This document shows, piece by piece, positions 1 through 7,464 of a DNA stretch of 64,000 nucleotides (its first letter is position 1; each line of letters opens with the position of its first letter). The notes under the pieces were generated by a model. It had not been told where the DNA came from. It was given only the letters and a program-made list of their open reading frames with translations, and did not search any database. The translations under genes were made by a program, and so were the position numbers. The stretch covers positions 992,001 through 1,056,000 of the forward strand of contig CAWHBU010000002.1 in NCBI GenBank assembly GCA_963827685.1, written 5' to 3'. The DNA comes from an uncultured delta proteobacterium (lineage in GTDB: Bacteria; Desulfobacterota; BSN033; UBA1163).

Positions 1-31
1 CGAGGTATTGGACGGATAAATCAAGATGAGG

Positions 32-82
32 TAACCCCCCTCTATTCCCCCCTTAAGTTAAGGGGGGATGAAGGGGGGGTTA
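32..82. repeat. C-run/G-run palindromic element (CCCCC..CCCCTT..AAGGGG..GGGGG)
   Basis: taacccccctctattccccccttaagttaaggggggatgaagggggggtta; similar hairpins at ~9160-9248, 18190-18233, 29861-29906. Confidence 0.8.
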
Positions 83-100
83 GAAGAAAAGAAACTTTTG

Positions 101-120
101 GGGACACATCGGGACATAGA
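101..120 (+). promoter_or_regulatory. 10-bp-period direct repeat GGGACA-N4-GGGACA, candidate operator
   Basis: gggacacatc gggacataga just upstream of a Xis/BldC-like HTH gene. Confidence 0.4.
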
Positions 121-156
121 ATCAAATAACTTTGAGACCAGAATTGGAGCGAATCG

Positions 157-372
157 ATGAAAGAGATTATGACACCCCGTGAGGCAGCAGAATATTTGAG
201 TGTCCATGTTCGAACCATTTATCGCCTAGCCAAGAACGGAGACATCCCTGGCCGCAAGGTAGGTGGAAGTTGGAGGTTCAAAAAGAATGCTCTGGATGAA
301 TGGCTTTCGTGGAGAGAAAACCCCTCTTCTATTGAAAAAGGACAAAAAGAGAGGATTCAAGGGAGCAGGTGA
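157..372 (+). CDS. Excisionase/BldC-like HTH_17 DNA-binding protein
   Basis: MTPREAAEYL..HVRTIYRLAKNGDIPGRKVGGSWRF signature. Confidence 0.9.
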   Translation: MKEIMTPREAAEYLSVHVRTIYRLAKNGDIPGRKVGGSWRFKKNALDEWLSWRENPSSIEKGQKERIQGSR

Positions 373-373
373 A

Positions 374-499
374 ATGCTTGATAGTCACAGGAGATTGAGA
401 GTTTGGCAGAAAGGACATCAACCAAGGGCCTATGAACCTCTGGCCTCCTGGCACGCGGGCTTGAACTCTCATGGGGAACTCTTTACCAAGAGGACTTAA
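374..499 (+). pseudogene. N-terminal remnant of a four-helix-bundle (23S IVS/Avd-like) gene
   Basis: MLDSHRRLRVWQKGHQ matches the family start M..SYxxLxVWQKxH, then degenerates; preceded by ggattcaagggagcaggtgaaATG repeat arm. Confidence 0.6.
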
Positions 500-501
500 T
501 C

Positions 502-2049
502 ATGGAAAACAGAATCTTAGTCGTGGATGACGAAAAAGAAATCAGGGGCTTTCTCACCAAGGCGCTTAGCCGCATGGGTGGATTCCACGTAGAACTTGCG
601 GAGTCGGGAAAAGAAGCACTCCAAAAAATTGAGAAAGAACCCTTCGATCTCATTCTGACAGATCTGAAGATGCCGGAGATGGATGGACTTCAATTGATCA
701 CAGAGATTGCTAAGTCAAGACCCGAAACCCTTACGATGATGATGACGGGCCATGGAACCATCGACTCCGCATTGGAGGCGATGAAACGGGGAGCGAGTGA
801 TTATCTCATGAAGCCCCTCAACCTCGATGAGTTGATTGTTCGCATCCGAAAGGTCCTGGAAGAGAAACAACGCTTTACCAGGCTCAGGGACTTCGCCGAC
901 CAACTGGAAATGGCCAATCAGGAGTTGAGAAGGATTGATGGCATGAAATCTGAGTTTGTCTCGGTAGCTTCTCATGAGTTAAGAACGCCGCTCGCTGCTA
1001 TTAAGAATGCAGTCCAATTGGTCCTGAAGGGAACAACCGGAAAGATCAATGAAAATCAAGTGAAGTTTCTTTCCATGGCAGAGAGAAATATCAATCGCCT
1101 GACCAATATCCTCAACGATCTTCTGAACCTCTCAAGAATTGAGTCCGGAAGGATTGAATTGAATTTTGAGAATACCCGATTGAAAGGGCTCATCGAATTA
1201 ACGGCATCCTCTCTCAGACCTCACGCTGATGGAAAGTCCATCCAGATCGACGTGGAAGTCAGTGAAGAACTTCCAGCGGTCTATGGAGATCCGGAAAAAA
1301 TTGAACAGATCCTGACGAACCTCATCGGCAACGCCATCAAATTCACACCGGATCGTGGAAAAATTCTGATCACCGCCAAACCCCTATCCAAGGACCAAAA
1401 GGGAGGTTATGGAGACAGGGTTGCCGTCTCTGTAAAAGATACGGGAATCGGAATCCCACCCGAACACTTGGATGCTATCTTTCAAAAATTTCATCAGGTG
1501 GAAGGCTCCCTCCACCGATCGGTGAGCGGGACAGGATTAGGTCTCGCCATCACAAAAGGGTTGGTCGAGGCCCACCAAGGAAGAATCTGGGTGGACAGCG
1601 AGGTGGGAAAAGGGACCACATTTACATTCACCTTGCCCTGTTCAGAAGGCGAGAGAAGAGACCCTCATTTCCGTTTCATCCTCGATAAGGAGTTTTACCG
1701 GGCCCAGCAAAATGATTCTCCTCTCACCCTCTTTCTGATTCAGGTGTTGGAGGAAAAAGGGGAGGTCAAAGAGGCTTTATTAGACCGGTTGGAAATGAAG
1801 GTGAAACAATGTCTTTGTAGGAAGGCCGATATTTTATTGAGACGGGAGAAAGAAAAAATACTGGCCGCCCTATGTGAGGCGAATCTTAAAGGAGCTCAGG
1901 TGATCCGCCAACGCATAGAGATGGAAATCAAAAGGTACCCTATCGAGGGTCATGAGGCAGTCATCAAAGTGGGAACAGCCACTTACCCTGAAGAGGCACT
2001 TTCCAAGGCAGAACTTTTCAGGCTGGCAAAAGAACGACTGGGAGGTTGA
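502..2049 (+). CDS. Hybrid response regulator-histidine kinase with degenerate C-terminal GGDEF-like domain
   Basis: REC (VVDDE, DLKMP, KP), HisKA SHELRTPL, HATPase NLIGNAIKFT/GTGLGL; tail ..VGTATYPEEA..ELFRLA without GGDEF motif. Confidence 0.9.
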   Translation: MENRILVVDDEKEIRGFLTKALSRMGGFHVELAESGKEALQKIEKEPFDLILTDLKMPEMDGLQLITEIAKSRPETLTMMMTGHGTIDSALEAMKRGASDYLMKPLNLDELIVRIRKVLEEKQRFTRLRDFADQLEMANQELRRIDGMKSEFVSVASHELRTPLAAIKNAVQLVLKGTTGKINENQVKFLSMAERNINRLTNILNDLLNLSRIESGRIELNFENTRLKGLIELTASSLRPHADGKSIQIDVEVSEELPAVYGDPEKIEQILTNLIGNAIKFTPDRGKILITAKPLSKDQKGGYGDRVAVSVKDTGIGIPPEHLDAIFQKFHQVEGSLHRSVSGTGLGLAITKGLVEAHQGRIWVDSEVGKGTTFTFTLPCSEGERRDPHFRFILDKEFYRAQQNDSPLTLFLIQVLEEKGEVKEALLDRLEMKVKQCLCRKADILLRREKEKILAALCEANLKGAQVIRQRIEMEIKRYPIEGHEAVIKVGTATYPEEALSKAELFRLAKERLGG

Positions 2050-2052
2050 AAC

Positions 2053-2424
2053 ATGAACCCGAAGAAGATTTTGATTGTTGACGATGAGGTCGACTTAGTG
2101 GAAACCGTCCGTTTCCCCCTGGAGATGGAAGGATATCATGTCCTGGTCTCTTATAATGGTGAGGATGCCCTGAATCAAGCCCGCAAAGAGAACCCGGACC
2201 TGATCCTCCTGGATCTCATGCTGCCAAAATTGGATGGGTATAAAGTATGTCGGCTATTGAAATTCGACGAGAGGTACAAACATATTCCCATTTTAATGCT
2301 GACCGCCAAGACCCAGGAAAAAGATAAAGTCCTCGGAATGGAGACCGGGGCGGATGAGTATATCACCAAACCGTTTGAGATGGATTATTTGCTGAAGAAG
2401 GTGAAGGAGTATCTGTCCAAATGA
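2053..2424 (+). CDS. Single-domain response regulator
   Basis: ILIVDDE..DLILLDLMLP..IPILMLTAK..YITKPF. Confidence 0.95.
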   Translation: MNPKKILIVDDEVDLVETVRFPLEMEGYHVLVSYNGEDALNQARKENPDLILLDLMLPKLDGYKVCRLLKFDERYKHIPILMLTAKTQEKDKVLGMETGADEYITKPFEMDYLLKKVKEYLSK

Positions 2425-2448
2425 GTAAGATGGTCGAGGAGGCGATTT

Positions 2449-2514
2449 GATTTCGGAATGCAGAATGCGGAATGCGGAGTAACATTCCGAAATCCGCAAT
2501 CCGAATTCCGCAAT
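2449..2514. repeat. Inverted heptamer-array element (GCGGAAT)n/(TTCCGCA)n, empty
   Basis: tttcggaatgcagaatgcggaatgcggagt-aac-attccgaaatccgcaatccgaattccgcaat. Confidence 0.85.
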
Positions 2515-2531
2515 TTTAAAAGGAATGATTC

Positions 2532-3758
2532 ATGCCGACCTTTAAATATCGAGTGAGGGACAGATTAGGGAAAGCGATGACCGGGACGATTGAGGCTCCG
2601 ACGGTCGAGGTGGCAGGAAATCATCTCTATGAGAAGGGATACTTGCCCATCGCCGTTGAAGAGGAGTCGGCTTCCGTCTCCATCGATTTGTCAGACTTTT
2701 GGAAACGATTCCAAAAAGTGAAGCCGGAAGAAATTATTGTCTTCAGTCAGCAGCTCTCCACTTTGTATAAAGCAGGATTACCCTTGCTTTCGGGGCTAAA
2801 GGGTTTGAGAGACCAGACATTGAATCGACAATTTAAAGAAATACTGGAGGAGATCAATCTCCAGGTTGAAGGAGGAGATACACTTTTCGAGGCTATGTCC
2901 AGACATCCGGATGTCTTTTCCGTGGTTTTTCTCAATATGATCCGGGCCGGTGAAACTTCAGGGAGGCTGGGGGAATCGCTCGATCGCTTCGTCATTCTTG
3001 CAGATCGAGAATTGAGGAGTCGACAAAAAGTGAAAGAGGCAACCCGTTATCCGAAGATTGTCGTCTTTGCAGTGATCATGGCATTTATCGTTTTGCTTAC
3101 TTTTGTCATACCGAGGTTTGCTCAGGTCTTTGCTCAGTTTAATACGACCCTACCCTTGCCGACCCGAATAATGATTGGGGTTAATAACCTCTTTAACCTC
3201 TTTATTCATTACTGGTATCTCACTTTACCAGTACTTCTGCTCATTCCGATCCTGTTAAAACGCTATATGAATACAGAAGAAGGAAAGTTCTTCTGGGATA
3301 AGCTCAAAACGAGAATCCCTGGATTCGGTCGTCTTTTTGTAATTGCTGCCCTGTCTCGATTTGCCCACACTTTTGTCATGCTAAACAAAAGCGGTATTCC
3401 TATCCTTCAGACCCTTGAGATCACCTCTACCACCATCAACAACGTTGTTATTTCTCAATCGATAGGAAAAATTAGCCAACAGATAAGAGAAGGGAGAAGT
3501 CTGGCGGACTCGATGAAGGAGAGTGGAAGGTTCACCCCCCTCGTCATCCAGATGATAGGGGTAGGAGAAACGACAGGAACATTGGACGAGATGTTGATAA
3601 GAATAACGGAATATTATGATATCGAATTAGAAAATTCGATCAAACAAATGACTACTTACATTGAACCTGCTTTGACACTCTTTATGGGAGTCGTTGTTCT
3701 GTTTCTGGCATTGGCCGTTTTTTTGCCGTGGTGGAACATGGCCAAAGTGTTTCGATAA
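2532..3758 (+). CDS. pilC: Type IV pilus/T2SS inner-membrane platform protein (PilC/MshG)
   Basis: MPTFKYR start, FSQQLSTLYKAGLPL, RAGETSGRL, GETTGTLDEML; operon context. Confidence 0.92.
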   Translation: MPTFKYRVRDRLGKAMTGTIEAPTVEVAGNHLYEKGYLPIAVEEESASVSIDLSDFWKRFQKVKPEEIIVFSQQLSTLYKAGLPLLSGLKGLRDQTLNRQFKEILEEINLQVEGGDTLFEAMSRHPDVFSVVFLNMIRAGETSGRLGESLDRFVILADRELRSRQKVKEATRYPKIVVFAVIMAFIVLLTFVIPRFAQVFAQFNTTLPLPTRIMIGVNNLFNLFIHYWYLTLPVLLLIPILLKRYMNTEEGKFFWDKLKTRIPGFGRLFVIAALSRFAHTFVMLNKSGIPILQTLEITSTTINNVVISQSIGKISQQIREGRSLADSMKESGRFTPLVIQMIGVGETTGTLDEMLIRITEYYDIELENSIKQMTTYIEPALTLFMGVVVLFLALAVFLPWWNMAKVFR

Positions 3759-3772
3759 GTCCAGGAGGAAAG

Positions 3773-4717
3773 ATGTTCAAGAAAATGCAAATGAATGTTG
3801 TAGCAGTAGCCTTCAGGTTGCTCCGGTTGTTATTAGCCGTAACTATTTGGTCGTGCCATGCTTGGGTAGCCCCAACCTATAGGCTATGCCATGTTTTGGC
3901 AGCCGCAACCTTTGGGTTGCGTAGTCTTCGTATTGATAGAAACAGGATTGCTGCAGTAATTTCGCTGGTTAAAGCCTTACCTAATTGGTCATTGCGAGGA
4001 GTGAAGCGGTTGCGAGGCGCAGCCGAAGCAAACTCGGAGATTCCTCGCTTTGCTCGGAACAAGCTCCGCAATCTCAAGAAAAACGAGATTGCCACGCCCT
4101 CTGGGCTCGCAATGACGTGTCAGAAGAGTAAATGCGCTTGTATTAATTGCTCCAAACTTGGTGACTCACGAGAGCGAGTCATTCCCATAACATCGATCCC
4201 AAAAATCTGGAGTCATGGAGTCATGGGCACACGGGTTCAAGAAAAAATAATAAAAAATAAACCCTCGGACCCTCGAACCCTTGAACCCTTGAACCCTTCG
4301 GGGTTCACCCTAATCGAACTCATCGTTGTCATGATCATCATCGGAATCCTGGCTGCCACTGTGTTACCCAGGATCGATTTTGGTGGTACCTCCTCCACAG
4401 CTTCGGCGGGCGGAGCGGCCTATATGATTGCCTCGGATATTCGATATACCCAGGAATGCGCCATGGCCAATAGGATTTCAAAGAGTATCGTTTTCACGAA
4501 TGGTTCTTCTACTTATACATTCAGCCCGGTGAGCACTGGGATGGATCCTTCAGGCCAACTGCAGTCCATCGGAGCAACCATTGGCACAACAGTGACCTTC
4601 ACCTTTAACTCACTGGGAGAACCAATAGCGGGTGGAGGCAGTTCGGTTACAGTCTCCGCAGGAGGAATAACAAGACCGATCACTGTAACGCAATATACAG
4701 GAAAGGTAAGCTATTGA
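3773..4717 (+). CDS. Minor pilin (G|FTLIE at 4301-4318); start either 3773 (AGGAGG RBS, 177-aa repeat-filled leader) or 4223
   Basis: GFTLIELIVVMIIIGILAATVLPR class III signal; frame open from 3773. Confidence 0.8.
   Translation: MFKKMQMNVVAVAFRLLRLLLAVTIWSCHAWVAPTYRLCHVLAAATFGLRSLRIDRNRIAAVISLVKALPNWSLRGVKRLRGAAEANSEIPRFARNKLRNLKKNEIATPSGLAMTCQKSKCACINCSKLGDSRERVIPITSIPKIWSHGVMGTRVQEKIIKNKPSDPRTLEPLNPSGFTLIELIVVMIIIGILAATVLPRIDFGGTSSTASAGGAAYMIASDIRYTQECAMANRISKSIVFTNGSSTYTFSPVSTGMDPSGQLQSIGATIGTTVTFTFNSLGEPIAGGGSSVTVSAGGITRPITVTQYTGKVSY
3800..3921. repeat. Three degenerate REP-like GTAGCCGCAACC..GGTTGCG palindromes
   Basis: gtagcagtagccttcaggttgct; gtagccccaacctataggctatg; gcagccgcaacctttgggttgcg. 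Confidence 0.55.
3988..4116. repeat. GTCATTGCGAG...CTCGCAATGAC palindromic (RPE-like) element
   Basis: perfect 11-bp terminal inverted repeat; internal gcaatctc/gagattgc stem. Confidence 0.85.
4209..4298. repeat. Inverted octamer-array element (GGGTTCAA-like)/(CTTGAACC)n inside prepilin leader
   Basis: ggagtcatggagtcatgggcacacgggttcaa...ctcggaccctcgaacccttgaacccttgaaccct. Confidence 0.8.
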
Positions 4718-4764
4718 TTGCGGATTTCGGAATAAAAAATAGTTGAGACAAAGAAAGAATATTT

Positions 4765-4863
4765 ATGGAAAAGAGACATCTGAAAGAAAGAACAAAAAGT
4801 TTCGCTTTGAAGGTTATTAAAACCGTTTCTTCAATAAGGGCAGCAAGGAAGGGTAAGGAATGA
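4765..4863 (+). pseudogene. Internally deleted four-helix-bundle gene (32 aa) between heptamer arms
   Basis: MEKRHLKERTKSFALKVIK (family N-terminus) joined to TVSSIRAARKGKE (family C-terminus); flanked by attgcggatttcggaat (4718) and ttccgcattccgcattccgcaatccgcattc (4926-4955). Confidence 0.75.
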
Positions 4864-5339
4864 GTAGTAATTCCGAAATCCACGGGGCGTGTGTGATGAA
4901 AAACTTGATTTCAGGGTTAAAATATTCCGCATTCCGCATTCCGCAATCCGCATTCGGTAAAAGGGGCTTTACACTCATGGAAATCATCGTCCTGATCGTT
5001 ATGGCGGGAATCATCATTCCTGCTATTGTCGTCCCTTTTGCAACAGGGATTCGAGGGAGTAATAAGCCAGAAATGGTAACAACAGCAATGTACCTCGCCC
5101 ATCAGAAGATGGAGGAATTGATGAAATTTAATTATTGCCGGGCACCCGATTTGACTCCTGGTACATATACACTGCCGGCGCCACCTATTGCCGGCTACAC
5201 GTGGCAATGGGTAATTTCCTATGTGACCAATACTTTTGCCGCTTCAGGATCAGATGTTGGCTATAAGATGATCCAGGTTACTGTAACAGACCCACAAGGC
5301 AGTACTTATAATGTCTATTCGGTTGTTACAAGATTTTAG
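4860..5339 (+). CDS. Minor pilin (PilV/MshD-like); start 4860 or 4896
   Basis: GKRG|FTLMEIIVLIVMAGIII; C-terminal YKMIQVTVT. Confidence 0.85.
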   Translation: MSSNSEIHGACVMKNLISGLKYSAFRIPQSAFGKRGFTLMEIIVLIVMAGIIIPAIVVPFATGIRGSNKPEMVTTAMYLAHQKMEELMKFNYCRAPDLTPGTYTLPAPPIAGYTWQWVISYVTNTFAASGSDVGYKMIQVTVTDPQGSTYNVYSVVTRF

Positions 5340-5346
5340 TAATTGA

Positions 5347-5498
5347 AAGGGTCGGAGGGGCCCAGGGTTCAAGGGGTCAGGTGATATGCTGAGAAAAAGC
5401 AAAAAAATGAAGACTCTGGGAACGATAAATCGGCACGGATTTGTTAAACCGATCGCAGAATCACTCGAATCCTTGACCCCTCGAATCCTTGAACCCCG
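5347..5498. repeat. Inverted octamer-array element spanning the start and leader of the next pilin
   Basis: aagggtcggaggggcccagggttcaaggggtcaggtgatATG...cactcgaatccttgacccctcgaatccttgaacccc. Confidence 0.8.
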
Positions 5499-6024
5499 GT
5501 CTAAAGGTTTCACCTTGATGGAAATTATCGTTGTGATTGTCATCTTAGCCATTGTCTCAGCGATTAGTATTAAGTTCTTAGTCGATAGTCTGAGGATCTA
5601 TACAATGACAGTGAATCAAAAGACCCTGTTTGACGAAGGGAAATTAGCGTTGGAGAGAATGTGCAGAGATATCCGGGATGGAAGGAGCATTACAGGGGTT
5701 ACTGCCAGTTCCGTCACTTTTGTGAGAGACGATGCGACGGCCCAAGACATTGCTGGTGAAACGATCATTTTTCAACGAAACGCCGCCGCAAACACTCTTG
5801 AAAAGGTCAAAGCTTCACCTGTCGCTACCAGTACAATGGCCAGCAATGTCACTACATTTACCGTGGCAAACGCGACAAATGAGATCCAGCTTACATTGAC
5901 ACTCAGTCTAACAAGCGGAGAGAATGTGACCTTGCAGACAAAGGTCTATCCCAAAAACCTTGCAAGAGACACGACGTATACATATAAAAACTTTATTCAA
6001 AACTGGCAGGAGGCCTATCAATAA
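5386..6024 (+). CDS. Minor pilin (PilW/MshO-like)
   Basis: SKG|FTLMEIIVVIVILAI..LALERMCRDIR. Confidence 0.88.
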   Translation: MLRKSKKMKTLGTINRHGFVKPIAESLESLTPRILEPRSKGFTLMEIIVVIVILAIVSAISIKFLVDSLRIYTMTVNQKTLFDEGKLALERMCRDIRDGRSITGVTASSVTFVRDDATAQDIAGETIIFQRNAAANTLEKVKASPVATSTMASNVTTFTVANATNEIQLTLTLSLTSGENVTLQTKVYPKNLARDTTYTYKNFIQNWQEAYQ

Positions 6025-6025
6025 A

Positions 6026-7438
6026 TTGAGAAAGCTTAAGCTTAACAATTCAAAAGGTATTTCAGTCATCTTCCTGATTATGGCCATGTTGCTGATGGTC
6101 ATCATCGGATATGTATTTTCTTATTTGATTCCCACAAAACAGAAATCCGTGGTCTTCCCAATCCAGTCCACCCAGGCTTTCTTTCTTGCCCAATCCGGCG
6201 TGGAATTCGCTGTCCGTTTTGCCAAGGATCAACGTTGGACAACGCCGACTTTGCTTACTAATCTTAATACCCCTCCTAACAACACAAGAACTCTTGGGAG
6301 CGGAAGCTTTTCCCTTGCCTATACTGCTGCCACAGATACTCTTACCTCTTCTGGGCAAGTTCCCACTGGCACTACAAGAAGGAGCGTTACCGTTTCCAAT
6401 TTTACCAGTTTCTTGTACTACTTCTCCTACCGTAGGCCGATTACGGTACAGGCGGGGCAGGTCACTGGTGGCCCTCTTATTAGTTTCCCCATGCTCGTAA
6501 GTGTGACAAACGCTAATCTTTCAAACGTCGCACCCAATGGACGTATTGCCAGCTACAATGCGACGACGAACGATCCCCAGGACCTTATGTTCGAAGCTCT
6601 GGACCCCACCACTTGCGGGACGACCGCGCCCTGTAGGTTGGATCATGAAATTGAATACTATAATCCAGCGACAGGGCAACTCATTGCATGGGTAAGGGTC
6701 CCTTCTATTACTAACGGCACAATCATTTACATGTATTATGGAAATGGCTGCTCAGCTTCCGCGCAGAATCCGAGCGGGGTATGGGCTGACTACAGGGGGG
6801 TGTGGCATAGCGACGAAGCAGTCACGCCGCTTACAGACTCCACCGGCAACAATAATCTGGCTACCAATTCCACGCAGGTCGCAGGACAGATACGGTACGC
6901 ACAATCCTACAATGGCACCAACCAACTGGCGAGTAAGACCGCGGGTGTCGTGAACATACCGGCGAGTAACCTCAGTCAGACGATTTCTGTCTGGTTCACC
7001 ATTGGGGTTGCCGATAATGGCACGCGGTCCGGAGTCTCATTTGTCAACCCAACCAGCACCTCCGGCTTGCAATTCGGACAGAGGAATAGCGCAGTATGCT
7101 TCTGGCAGTGGGGCGGCGGTGTTTTAGGCGGCACTCAACCGAACCCAGCGATCAATACATGGCATTATATGGTTTATACCTTTGATGGCACGACTATTCG
7201 CCCGTATTATGACCTCACAACGCTTGGTACGGTGAACACGACCCCAGTGGCCGGCACTCCCTCACAAATTTATTTTTCAACCTGGAACGGCACCGATGAA
7301 CCTTGGAATGGGAGAATTGATGAAGTACGAATCTCAAACGCAGGCATCGTGCGTTCCGCAGGCTGGATCGCGACCGAATACCGCAACCAGAACGCTCCTG
7401 GTGCTTTTTCTGTCCTAGGGGCCGAGCAAAATAATTGA
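6026..7438 (+). CDS. PilX/MshP-like pilin fused to DUF2341 + LamG-like domain
   Basis: KG|ISVIFLIMAM..QAFFLAQSGVEFA; YRRPITV, LDHEIEYY..AWVRVP..IYMYYGN, NGRIDEVRISN..RSAGWIATEYRNQ; TTG start 6026 behind GGAGG. Confidence 0.8.
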   Translation: MRKLKLNNSKGISVIFLIMAMLLMVIIGYVFSYLIPTKQKSVVFPIQSTQAFFLAQSGVEFAVRFAKDQRWTTPTLLTNLNTPPNNTRTLGSGSFSLAYTAATDTLTSSGQVPTGTTRRSVTVSNFTSFLYYFSYRRPITVQAGQVTGGPLISFPMLVSVTNANLSNVAPNGRIASYNATTNDPQDLMFEALDPTTCGTTAPCRLDHEIEYYNPATGQLIAWVRVPSITNGTIIYMYYGNGCSASAQNPSGVWADYRGVWHSDEAVTPLTDSTGNNNLATNSTQVAGQIRYAQSYNGTNQLASKTAGVVNIPASNLSQTISVWFTIGVADNGTRSGVSFVNPTSTSGLQFGQRNSAVCFWQWGGGVLGGTQPNPAINTWHYMVYTFDGTTIRPYYDLTTLGTVNTTPVAGTPSQIYFSTWNGTDEPWNGRIDEVRISNAGIVRSAGWIATEYRNQNAPGAFSVLGAEQNN

Positions 7439-7464
7439 GGCAGGGGCTCTTTAAGGAGTAATAT

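Noticed and set aside
157-372. Prophage/ICE excisionase
   Set aside because: No integrase or phage genes in the window; co-oriented with a host pilus operon
374-4863. Diversity-generating retroelement (Avd-like remnants, duplicated pilins)
   Set aside because: No reverse transcriptase; pilin copy differences are not adenine-specific TR/VR type
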